DNA from: Clostridia bacterium
Lineage (GTDB): Bacteria; Bacillota; Clostridia; RGIG6154
NCBI GenBank assembly: GCA_045648505.1
Contig: JAZROD010000032.1
Coordinates: forward strand, 722 to 64,721
Direction: 5' to 3'
DNA length: 64,000 bases
Below, one piece after another: positions 19,001 through 26,995 of the stretch; the first letter of the stretch is position 1, and each line of letters starts with the position of its first letter. The position numbers and the translations under genes were made by a program. The notes beneath the pieces are model-generated. The model did no database searches, was not told the DNA's origin, and saw only the letters and a program-made list of their open reading frames with translations.

Positions 19001-20166
19001 ATGAAAGAGGTAGTCAGGTTTGCTATAACTATATTCACGATATAGACCACGAATATAATTTTGCAGAGTATGAGCCTGAAACAACATGGAGCTTTAACGG
19101 TGTTCAATGTGTGTATCTTGATAATGCCTTAAATGGACAAAGTGTTCATCACAACATTTTTAAAGATGTTTTAGGTGGTGTAAATGTAAACTGCGGACAA
19201 TATAATGAGGTATTTTCAAATACTATGATAAATACAAAGCACGAATCTGTTAATGTTACAAGCTACGAAAGCGGAAATGCTGAAAGAGTTGCATCCTTTA
19301 TTTCCAATTATCAGGAGAAAAAGGATAACGAAAGCTATGCTAAATACAAAGGCTTTGTAAATCCTGAAGATACCAATTATGCAGGCAGACCTGCCTATAA
19401 CAAAGTTAATAATAATCTGATAATTAACGGCAAATTGGTTTATACACAGGAAAATGTTAACTATTCCGGAAATTTTGATAATAATCATATTATGGAAGAA
19501 ACAGACGAAATTGACGAGAACGGAATTTTAAACAGTAATTCAGAAACTGCAAATAAAAATCCACAACTTTTGTCAAAAGAGAATTTTAATGTTTTGCATT
19601 TTGGTATTTCAGATGATTTTTGTGAAGAAATTCATAATAGATTTGGTATAGAATCAAATGTGATTCAAGACAATAATTCCTTTGAGTTTGTAATAGATGA
19701 TGAATTCAAAACGGGTAGTTATGAAATTTACATTTCAGGCAACAAGTTAGGAAACACAAACAAGAGTTTTGTGGCAAACAGTCTTCCGGTTTACGGAAAT
19801 ATAGAATACAATATAGTGCCTTTAGCAAAAGGATTGAAAATTAAAGGTGAAAATTATAAAGCAACGTCTTTTCTGTCAGAACAAAAAATAGGAGATTTTT
19901 GCTTACTTGATGAGAACGGATGCGAAATTGAAAATATCAATAATCATCTTGGCGAAACTGTAAGATTAACAGGTAATATCAATAATTTTAATAATAAAGG
20001 CAAAGTTTATATTGCATTTTACGGAAAAAGCGGAATGCTTATGTTAGAGGAAGCGGACAGAGATATGTATATAACACTTCCAGAAAAAGAAATCAAAGAT
20101 ATAAAAGTGTTTATATGGGATATATCAAAACTATTTCCGTATGATGATTTCATTAATGTAGTATAG
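16075..20166 (+). CDS. Secreted 1363-aa protein D: two copies of the unassigned module, right-handed beta-helix core, C-terminal W-motif module
   Basis: Signal peptide present. Module copy at 16162-16785 and a divergent copy at 17086-17560. PbH1-like rungs (NITFKNSRGDAIRVTNSNNINIKGCMFYN). LEELDSADEWYFD...LYYMP. The end reads VFIWDISKLFPY. Confidence 0.8.
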   Translation: MRKLTRVSAFLLVLFMLSPFIAKAETGVCYMPVDFSQSFNAKVFAPGGEEISDFSDPLNYIGAYKQIEGEWTPTTERALNKTGFDEAKDAKGLIYSDLKIPFDVNTDGGLAFGGRTNPLESVTADINSLVADKLHILMPITKVIDKTKDYNITVLYEDGTKDENTFEFTGITYLKTEGGVAVNNSYIKDAVGTVDQNIRYYDVISVETDINKTIDAISFYTNDRYGGFAVIGITAEFPQNSFESYKSVLNAEFLTENTKTTEDKITFAEILENSYFINENYRQNLSGYTNGKYFFSPANETEKDVDPYTSPLYNSEYMLNLDVIINELSDDYVLKTNYAEYDLSHLKNKDRAVYIKDSLCLYPDSNYYKSVNFIAYNNKSTDISDYPVEITYADGSYDIKNITLLQGNGSLPEHKINKMLFNTGKVHADILWASMGESTSGRNEILPPVVFEPTTDVNGMGYIYEYSITVPENKRVVSVKFGEAGKPCYLLAVTCNSAEINEEFIERELENISDEDIENNSAYEKMFYITGLANGMKIAQLPQKYYEISERLDTEFQGEITYNISDFSLISKYVNQNRQLLENGADICFNILPGEYKITSAIEIDSTNCGKEAGKVIIKAKEKNTVFLSGAIDIDKSLFTLVKDTNPRIREENRDKIYVAKLDLPISIKDKTRYIGYINLIKDEETLPIASYPDKGYAHFEKITETGDGFYYTDNPQNDWGSAKDVMVEGYLSNDYGYEITSGEIDSNNKIIRLKDATASDKYKNRRYRLTNILEELDSADEWYFDKADSKLYYMPKTVKDLENLQLAYYDGNIINISDAENVVIENITFKNSRGDAIRVTNSNNINIKGCMFYNLSVWSTYVTNSTNAVFEENVVRNTAAGITIAGGDYENLIPSGNVIKNNLMYNIGWYCGYGRNLPIVLNDVGGKVINNTAYNLPFHAINYFGNDNLIAYNELYDLCNETNDVAAIYSNGKYYERGSQVCYNYIHDIDHEYNFAEYEPETTWSFNGVQCVYLDNALNGQSVHHNIFKDVLGGVNVNCGQYNEVFSNTMINTKHESVNVTSYESGNAERVASFISNYQEKKDNESYAKYKGFVNPEDTNYAGRPAYNKVNNNLIINGKLVYTQENVNYSGNFDNNHIMEETDEIDENGILNSNSETANKNPQLLSKENFNVLHFGISDDFCEEIHNRFGIESNVIQDNNSFEFVIDDEFKTGSYEIYISGNKLGNTNKSFVANSLPVYGNIEYNIVPLAKGLKIKGENYKATSFLSEQKIGDFCLLDENGCEIENINNHLGETVRLTGNINNFNNKGKVYIAFYGKSGMLMLEEADRDMYITLPEKEIKDIKVFIWDISKLFPYDDFINVV

Positions 20167-20186
20167 AAAGAGAGGGTTTAAAAACT

Positions 20187-23100
20187 ATGAGAAAAATAAT
20201 ATCATTACTTTTGATACTTGTTTTAGTTTTTTCTGTTGCAGGACCTGCTTGTGCGCAGAAGAATATAGAAATTCATGTTTCCGTAAAGGGAAGCGATATA
20301 ACAGGAAACGGAAGTATTGAGAAACCCTATGCTACCTTTGAAAAAGCAAAAGCAGCAGTAAATACTTTAAGAAAAGAAACAAAAGTAAATGCTCCTGTAG
20401 ATGTAATTTTTCACGAGGGAACATATAGATTTACAAAAAGTGTAGATTTTACTGATGCAGATTCAGGAACTGCTTTATCACCTACAACCTACAAAGGTGC
20501 AGAAGGTGAAAATGTAGTTTTTAAAGGTTCGGTTGAACTTGACCTTACTAAAATCAACCTTGTTCAGGATATGGATATTTTAAACAGACTTCCATTGGAG
20601 GCAAGGGGACAGGTTGGCTATTTCAATTTAAGAGAAATGGGAATATATGAAATTCAGCCAATGAGATTTTTCAATCAGTATACAGCCCCTAACTATATTG
20701 GTTATGTTGATTTGTTTTTTAATGGAATGCAGCAACCTATAGCTCAGTGGCCTAACGGACAGAATGTTTATTCTGCCTACGAAAAGACAGTTAATGCAGG
20801 CGGCAGTGGAGAAAAAGGCGTTGGCGGTACCATAAAGCTTAAAGATTACAGACTTAAAAAATGGGTAACTGCTCCTGATATGGTGGTTGATATTTTTGGC
20901 GGAAATGACTATGCAATGGATGCTAATCTTGGTGTTTCAAGTATAAACGCCGAAGAAAAAACAATGACCTTTAAAACAGGAACAGACCAGGGCTTAAACA
21001 GTGCAAAAAGTAAGAGATTCAAAGTTAAAAATCTCATTGAAGAGCTTGACAGACCCGGCGAGTGGTATATAGACAGAGAAAAACTTATTTTATATTACTA
21101 CCCTGAACAGAGTTTTGTGGATGGTTGTTTAGAACTTTCTCTTATGGAAGATAACTTGTTTGAGCTTAATAACCTTAAATACACAAACTTTGAAAATCTC
21201 ACATTTTCACAGGTAAGAGGTGTTGTTTTCAGAGGTTATGACAGATGGGAAAACATAACAATTGATAATTGCAGATTTGAAAATATTGGCTCTTACGGAC
21301 TTTGGCATTTTTCAAATGCTACAGCATCAATAGGACAGAACACAACTCAAGGCTCTCAGTTCAGAGAAAACGGCTGTCTTAACCTGACAATAAGAAACTG
21401 TTCTTTTGATACAATTGCAAGACCTGCAATCTCAATAAGACAGGCAGGCTCATTTAACAGAATTGAACCTGGTAACTGTATTATAGAAAATAACTATTTC
21501 ACAAATACACTTACAACATCCGGTGCAGGATATTCGGTATACTATGAAGGTATAGAAGGTGACGTTAGAAACAATCTTTTCCATAATGTTCATTCAGCAA
21601 TAAACTTTTTAGGTATTGATAATGAAATAAATAACAATGAAATTTATAACATTCAGAGATACGTAAGTGACGCGGGTGCTATCTATACAGGCAGAAACTA
21701 CCTTATGAGAGATAACTATGTTTACAATAATTTCGTAAGAGATGTAAGCAATAAGGATCCGCATATGAATACAAATCATAACAGATTTGTGTATTTAGAT
21801 GATGCCCATGCAGGAATAACAGTACATAATAATATCTTTATCGGAAACGCCAGTGGTGGTGTTGCTGTAAACGGCGGTCAGGATAACCATGTTTATGACA
21901 ATATCCTTGTAAATGTTGGTCATGCACTTATGATTAACTCATGGACTGCAGGTTATGCAGACAGAATTGCAAGAGAACAGTCAATGGGTAACGATGCACT
22001 TAAAAATGAAAGCTGGAGCAGATTCCACGATAGAATTAGGCTTGGTTTATCAGAAAAATATTTAGGTCAGCCATCACTTAATACTGTTTATAACAACATA
22101 ATGATAAACGGTGAAGCAGAGGTTTCAAAAGAAAATGTGGAAATGTCTGATGTTCACGATAATATTATCGTAACAGAAGATGTTTTTGAAGATTTTGAAA
22201 ACGGAGATTTCAGAATTAAAGATGAAGAAATTATCAAAAAATTCCCTAACACTGTAACAAAAGAGAATTTCAATTACGATGATATAGGTCTTGATATAGA
22301 TAAATTTATCGTGAACCCTATTGTTAAAAATGAATTTAAGCTTCTTTATCCTAAAAACGGTGCAGTGGGAATAGATAACAAAGAAATCACCTTCACATGG
22401 CAGAGAGCGAAGGCTGCAGACAGATACAGATTTGTTCTCGCAACGGACCCGGAACTTAAAAACAGAATAATAGACGAAACAGTTTATGAAACAGCATACA
22501 CAACAGATGTTATAACAGATAACAACACAAGCTATTACTGGAAGGTTTATGCTTATAATGATTCTCTCCGCTATTTTGGAGAATGGGAGAGCAAAGGTGT
22601 TGCATACAACTTTGTCACAACAAAAGAATTCAGCCTTGAAACCGATACTCTTGACACTTTGATTATGGCGGGTAAAAAGCTTCTTGAAGATGTTGTTGAA
22701 GGTGATGAAGTAGGACAATATATCAGAGGTTTCAGAGCAAATGTTGAAGAAAAAATTGCATTTGCAGAAGAAGTAGTTTCAGGTAAGAGAAGAATGTCTG
22801 TTTCTGCAGGTTCTGCTCTTATTAAAGAACTTGACGACCTTATTAACAACCAGGTTTATGTTAAAGGCGGATACTTTAATGTTCAGACAATGCTTGAGAA
22901 TCCAGACAGATGGATTGTGAACGATGCTGCTAAACACAGAGTTAATGTTGAGGACGGAAAGATTAAGGTTACTGCTGACGAATTAAACAATATGGCTCTC
23001 TTTGGCTATGAGGGTCTTAGTGCAGCATCAAAGAAAATAGTAGTTTGCTTTAAACTTAAGGTTGATTTCGGACCGGGAACAGGCAGTGACTGGCTTGCAT

Positions 23101-23954
23101 TTGGTATGAGAGCACGCACAGCTGAACAATTATTTACCGGCGGAAATAACAACTATTTCATATTACTTAAAAAAGGCTTGCTTGAATATCAGAAGAATTC
23201 AGGTGGTGTTAATAAGCTTATAACATCTGTAGACAACGAAAAGATTGTCGACAATGAGTGGATGGAAATTCAGTTTGGTGTAATTGACCTTAATGATATA
23301 GGTGTTTTAACTATCTGTAAAATCAATGGTGAGATAGCATATCAGGCAATAGATACTGAAAACGACAGAGTTATGGATAAGGGTACATTTAACTTCAATA
23401 TAACTCATAAGCTTGATGTTGAAATTGCTCCAAGTGAAACAACGGAATTTGACGATATAGATAAGCTTATTGCAGATTACACTCTTTCTATGACAGAGGA
23501 TAGCTGTAAGAAAATTGAAGAAATAGTTGGAAATGATACAACTATTCTTCAGATGAACAGTACAAAAGCATTTACCAATCATCAGCTTACAGACATAAGC
23601 CAACCGGTTATTTTCCAGGGTGAAAGTGCTGTTATACCGGTTGAAACTGCAAAAAGTGTTCTTGGTGCGCAGATAACACTTAATGGCAACAAAATTAATG
23701 TTAACTATAATAACCATAATTTAGTCTTTGAAAATGGCAGCAGTGTCTACACAGTAGACGGAGCTTCAGAAAATTTAGGTTTTGTTGTTGAAAACAACAA
23801 TCTCCCTCTCAGAGCTTTGGTTACGGGAAGTGGAATGTCGTTGTTCTATTACAACAGAGGTATGATTATGATTATGGAAAACAGTCTTATGAATTATGCA
23901 AACTATGATAGTCTGCTTGATGCAGCTTCAAGAAGTTTGGATTTTTACAGATAG
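20187..23954 (+). CDS. Secreted 1255-aa protein E: right-handed beta-helix core, FN3-like and LamG-like modules, C-terminal copper-amine-oxidase-N-like (stalk) domain
   Basis: Signal peptide present. Cap IHVSVKGSDITGNGSIEKPYATFEKAK. PbH1-like rungs. IEELDRPGEWYIDREKLILYYYP. The C-terminus NGNKINVNYNNHNLVFENGSSVYTVDG...LPLRAL is typical of Cu_amine_oxidN1-type domains. Confidence 0.8.
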   Translation: MRKIISLLLILVLVFSVAGPACAQKNIEIHVSVKGSDITGNGSIEKPYATFEKAKAAVNTLRKETKVNAPVDVIFHEGTYRFTKSVDFTDADSGTALSPTTYKGAEGENVVFKGSVELDLTKINLVQDMDILNRLPLEARGQVGYFNLREMGIYEIQPMRFFNQYTAPNYIGYVDLFFNGMQQPIAQWPNGQNVYSAYEKTVNAGGSGEKGVGGTIKLKDYRLKKWVTAPDMVVDIFGGNDYAMDANLGVSSINAEEKTMTFKTGTDQGLNSAKSKRFKVKNLIEELDRPGEWYIDREKLILYYYPEQSFVDGCLELSLMEDNLFELNNLKYTNFENLTFSQVRGVVFRGYDRWENITIDNCRFENIGSYGLWHFSNATASIGQNTTQGSQFRENGCLNLTIRNCSFDTIARPAISIRQAGSFNRIEPGNCIIENNYFTNTLTTSGAGYSVYYEGIEGDVRNNLFHNVHSAINFLGIDNEINNNEIYNIQRYVSDAGAIYTGRNYLMRDNYVYNNFVRDVSNKDPHMNTNHNRFVYLDDAHAGITVHNNIFIGNASGGVAVNGGQDNHVYDNILVNVGHALMINSWTAGYADRIAREQSMGNDALKNESWSRFHDRIRLGLSEKYLGQPSLNTVYNNIMINGEAEVSKENVEMSDVHDNIIVTEDVFEDFENGDFRIKDEEIIKKFPNTVTKENFNYDDIGLDIDKFIVNPIVKNEFKLLYPKNGAVGIDNKEITFTWQRAKAADRYRFVLATDPELKNRIIDETVYETAYTTDVITDNNTSYYWKVYAYNDSLRYFGEWESKGVAYNFVTTKEFSLETDTLDTLIMAGKKLLEDVVEGDEVGQYIRGFRANVEEKIAFAEEVVSGKRRMSVSAGSALIKELDDLINNQVYVKGGYFNVQTMLENPDRWIVNDAAKHRVNVEDGKIKVTADELNNMALFGYEGLSAASKKIVVCFKLKVDFGPGTGSDWLAFGMRARTAEQLFTGGNNNYFILLKKGLLEYQKNSGGVNKLITSVDNEKIVDNEWMEIQFGVIDLNDIGVLTICKINGEIAYQAIDTENDRVMDKGTFNFNITHKLDVEIAPSETTEFDDIDKLIADYTLSMTEDSCKKIEEIVGNDTTILQMNSTKAFTNHQLTDISQPVIFQGESAVIPVETAKSVLGAQITLNGNKINVNYNNHNLVFENGSSVYTVDGASENLGFVVENNNLPLRALVTGSGMSLFYYNRGMIMIMENSLMNYANYDSLLDAASRSLDFYR

Positions 23955-23964
23955 AGGTGCAGAA

Positions 23965-24240
23965 ATGAAATATAACGAACTTATAAAAAATATTGCAGAA
24001 AAAGCAAATATGGATGAGGAAGCAACCAAAAATTGTCTGAATGTATTTTTAGATGAGGTTACTGATGCAATCAAAAAAGGTGAAGAAGTTCAACTTTGGG
24101 GATTTGGTAAGTTTGAAAGAAGAAAATATAACGAAAGACAATGCTATAATCCCATAACAAAAGAAATAATAACGCTTCACGGTAGCTATGCTCCTGTGTT
24201 TAAAGCGGGTGTGAAGTTAAGAAAAAAAATTAACGAATAG
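23965..24240 (+). CDS. Divergent HU/IHF-family DNA-binding protein (91 aa)
   Basis: MKYNELIKNIAEKANMDEEATKNCLNVFLDEVTDAIKKGEEVQLWGFGKFE...NPITKEII...PVFKAGVKLRK matches the HU fold pattern. RBS GAGGTG lies 5 nt before ATG 23965; the longer ORF from 23896 overlaps protein E. Confidence 0.8.
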   Translation: MKYNELIKNIAEKANMDEEATKNCLNVFLDEVTDAIKKGEEVQLWGFGKFERRKYNERQCYNPITKEIITLHGSYAPVFKAGVKLRKKINE

Positions 24241-24244
24241 TTTT

Positions 24245-24276
24245 GTTGAACCTCTTATCAGATTATAAGAGGTTCA
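24245..24276 (+). terminator. Hairpin terminator after the HU-like gene
   Basis: Stem TTGAACCTCTTAT/ATAAGAGGTTCAA with a short T-run. Confidence 0.5.
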
Positions 24277-24301
24277 ATTTAAATGCGGGAGTAGTCAATT
24301 T

Positions 24302-25579
24302 ATGAAAACATTAAAAGTAAGCGAAAATAAGCATTGTTTGGTTTATGAAGATAATGAGCCTTTTTTCTGGTTGGCAGATACTGCATGGAATTTGTTCCAC
24401 AAACTAAGCAGAGAAGATGCATTACTGTATCTTAATAACAGAGCTGAAAAAGGATTTAATGTAATTCAAGCTGTAATTCTTGGTGAACATGATGGTCTTA
24501 ATACAGTTAATGCGCATAACAGACTGCCACTTAAAGAAAATAATCCTGATATGCCTGATTTGGATGGACCGTACAGTTATTGGGAGCATGTTGACTATAT
24601 AATTGGTTTGGCAGAAAAACTAAACCTTTATATGGCAATATTACCAACCTGGGGCGATAAATTCAATCTTAAATGGGGTATAGGACCGGTTGTATTTAAT
24701 CCTGAAAATGCCTATATATATGGAAAATGGGTAGGAAACAGATACAAAAACAATAAAAATATTATTTGGGTTTTAGGTGGTGACAGACCACTTGAAAATG
24801 ATACGCACCTTGAGATTATACAAGCGATGGCAAAAGGAATTAAAGAAGGTGATGAAGGTCAGCATCTGATAACCTTTCATCCTTTCGGGGAGCATTGTTC
24901 ATCAGAATATGTTGGCAGTGAAGACTGGATTGATTTTAATATGTACCAGTCAGGACACGGAAAACTTAATTTTCCCAATTACGAAAAAATTTTTCAGGAA
25001 TATAACAGTGAACCTGTTAAGCCTATTGTGGATGCAGAGCCAAGATACGAAGACCACCCAATAGGATTTAATCCTCAAAACGGTTATTACGATGACTTTG
25101 ATATTCGCCAGGCGGCTTACTGGGCAGTGTTTTCAGGAGCTTTTGGGCATACATACGGACATCACAGTATATGGAGTATGTGCACAAGTGGAGAAGATTA
25201 TTTTATTATGGATTGGAAATCTGCACTTGACAGACCAGGTGCAGAACAAATGATACATTTGAAAAAACTTATTGAATCAAAAAATATAGTTGAAATGATG
25301 CCTGACCAAAGCATTATAGCAAAAAATTACGAAGGTGCGAATCATATGAGAGCAATAAGGGGAAGTGATTATGCTTTTGTATATTTTCCTTGCGGTCTTA
25401 AATGTGAAATAAATCTTGGAATTATCAGCGGAGAAGAAATTGAAGCAAATTGGTATAATCCAAGAACTGGCGAAATGCATAGAACAGGTAATTTTAAAAA
25501 CATCGGAAAGACAGTCTTTAAAGCTCCAACATCAGGCAGAGGATGTGACTGGGTTCTGGTGCTTGAAAGTGTTAAATAA
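24302..25579 (+). CDS. Leaderless GH140 / DUF4038-family glycoside hydrolase (apiosidase-like) with C-terminal beta-sandwich
   Basis: N-terminus NEPFFWLADTAWNLFHKLSREDALLYLNNRAEKGFNVIQAV is the characteristic DUF4038 opening. 425 aa, no signal peptide. Confidence 0.75.
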   Translation: MKTLKVSENKHCLVYEDNEPFFWLADTAWNLFHKLSREDALLYLNNRAEKGFNVIQAVILGEHDGLNTVNAHNRLPLKENNPDMPDLDGPYSYWEHVDYIIGLAEKLNLYMAILPTWGDKFNLKWGIGPVVFNPENAYIYGKWVGNRYKNNKNIIWVLGGDRPLENDTHLEIIQAMAKGIKEGDEGQHLITFHPFGEHCSSEYVGSEDWIDFNMYQSGHGKLNFPNYEKIFQEYNSEPVKPIVDAEPRYEDHPIGFNPQNGYYDDFDIRQAAYWAVFSGAFGHTYGHHSIWSMCTSGEDYFIMDWKSALDRPGAEQMIHLKKLIESKNIVEMMPDQSIIAKNYEGANHMRAIRGSDYAFVYFPCGLKCEINLGIISGEEIEANWYNPRTGEMHRTGNFKNIGKTVFKAPTSGRGCDWVLVLESVK

Positions 25580-25590
25580 CAGGAGGAAAA

Positions 25591-26121
25591 ATGGATACAT
25601 ATATAATACAGGGAATAGGTTTTGTTGGTATGACATTGGCGGTGATTTCTTTTCAGAAAAATACCAACAAAGGAATACTTTTGTTTCAAACCCTTACTTC
25701 GGCTGCTTTTGCCACTCAATTTATTTTGCTTGGTGCATATACAGGTGCGGTTATGAATATTTTGGGTGCTTTAAGAAATATTGTGTTTTACAACAGAAAA
25801 AGTAAGTGGGCGTGTAAAGGCACATTTTACGCAATAATGTTGCTTTATGTTGTTTTAGGAATTATTACATATCAGAATTACTTCAGTATTTTGTCCATAG
25901 TAGGTATGCTGTTGTCAACAATAGGATTCTGGATTGTAAATCCTAAATACACGAGAAGGTTATCTCTGATAAGCTCGCCTTGCTTTTTAGTATATAACTT
26001 TGCAAGCTCTTCTATTGCCGGAGTGCTGACAGAAGTGTTTGTTATTTCTTCTGTGTTAGTTGCAATGTATAAGTTTGATTATAAAAAATTAGGAGAAAAA
26101 AATGAAAAAGATACTATTTGA
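25591..26121 (+). CDS. YgjV-family inner membrane protein
   Basis: 176 aa, about 5-6 TM segments. The opening IQGIGFVGMTLAVISFQKNTNKGILLFQ...FILLGAYTGAVMN is typical of Imp-YgjV proteins. RBS AGGAGG. Confidence 0.65.
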   Translation: MDTYIIQGIGFVGMTLAVISFQKNTNKGILLFQTLTSAAFATQFILLGAYTGAVMNILGALRNIVFYNRKSKWACKGTFYAIMLLYVVLGIITYQNYFSILSIVGMLLSTIGFWIVNPKYTRRLSLISSPCFLVYNFASSSIAGVLTEVFVISSVLVAMYKFDYKKLGEKNEKDTI

Positions 26122-26995
26122 TACAGATATAGGAACAGATATTGACGATGCAGTATGTCTTGCATATTTATTGAAACAGCCTGAGTGTCAGTTGCTTGGC
26201 ATAACAACCGTAGCAGGAGAAGCAGAAAAAAGGGCGATGCTTGCAAGTGTTCTTTGCAAAGTTGCAAAGAAAAATATTCCTATTTACCCAGGAATTGAAA
26301 TGCCTCTTACGGGAAGACAGAAACATTCCGGTGCACCCCAGGCAAGAGCACTTGAAAACTGGGAACACGATACAAAGTTTGAAAATGGAAAAGCAATTGA
26401 GTTTATGAGAGAAACTATCCGCAATAATCCGGGGGAAGTTACCCTTCTTGCCGTAGGTCCGTTTACTAATATTGCAACTTTGTTTAAAACAGACCCTGAA
26501 ATTCCTGGACTTTTAAAAGAACTTGTGGTTATGGGCGGAGTTTTCACAGAAGAATTTATGAAAAGAAGAGATATGCGTCCTGAATGGAACGCAACCTGTG
26601 ATCCTTTAGCAACAGAAATTGTATATAATACAATGATTAAATCCCACAAAACAGTAGGGCTTGATGTTACTGCACAAACAGCAATGGATAAGAATGAAGT
26701 TTTAAGAAAATTCAATTCAGAAATTTTAAAACCGGTTGTTGATTTTGCAGGTGTTTGGTTTGAAAAATACGACAAGATTTGTTTTAATGACCCTCTTGCA
26801 GCTGCGGTTATATTTGATGAAAAGATATGTGGATTTGATAAAGGAAATGTCAAGGTGGAAGTTGAAAACCAGGCATTGGAAGGAACAACTTGTTGGGAAC
26901 CTGAAGAAAACGGGAAATTTGATGTTGCATTAAAGCTTGACAAAGAAAGGTTTTTTAAACATTACTTTGATATTGTTGGGGAGGAAAAACAGTGA
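26102..26995 (+). CDS. Nucleoside hydrolase family protein (inosine-uridine preferring type)
   Basis: N-terminal fingerprint ILFDTDIGTDIDDAVCLAYLL (DxDxxxDD), 297 aa. Overlaps the YgjV gene by 20 nt. Confidence 0.85.
   Translation: MKKILFDTDIGTDIDDAVCLAYLLKQPECQLLGITTVAGEAEKRAMLASVLCKVAKKNIPIYPGIEMPLTGRQKHSGAPQARALENWEHDTKFENGKAIEFMRETIRNNPGEVTLLAVGPFTNIATLFKTDPEIPGLLKELVVMGGVFTEEFMKRRDMRPEWNATCDPLATEIVYNTMIKSHKTVGLDVTAQTAMDKNEVLRKFNSEILKPVVDFAGVWFEKYDKICFNDPLAAAVIFDEKICGFDKGNVKVEVENQALEGTTCWEPEENGKFDVALKLDKERFFKHYFDIVGEEKQ

Noticed and set aside
22125-22718. 197-aa ORF antisense to giant protein E
   Set aside because: It is fully embedded antisense in a well-supported CDS. Its Phe/Ile/Cys/Asn/Lys-rich composition is typical of reverse-frame translation of AT-rich coding DNA. 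It has no RBS or recognisable motif.
25369-25805. ORFs 25369-25719 (-) and 25416-25805 (+) spanning the GH140/YgjV junction
   Set aside because: They overlap two well-supported same-strand genes that have proper RBSs, and are considered spurious.
26284-26943. 219-aa ORF antisense to the nucleoside hydrolase gene
   Set aside because: It is Ser-rich and low-complexity, has no RBS, and is entirely inside a CDS with a clear family fingerprint on the other strand.
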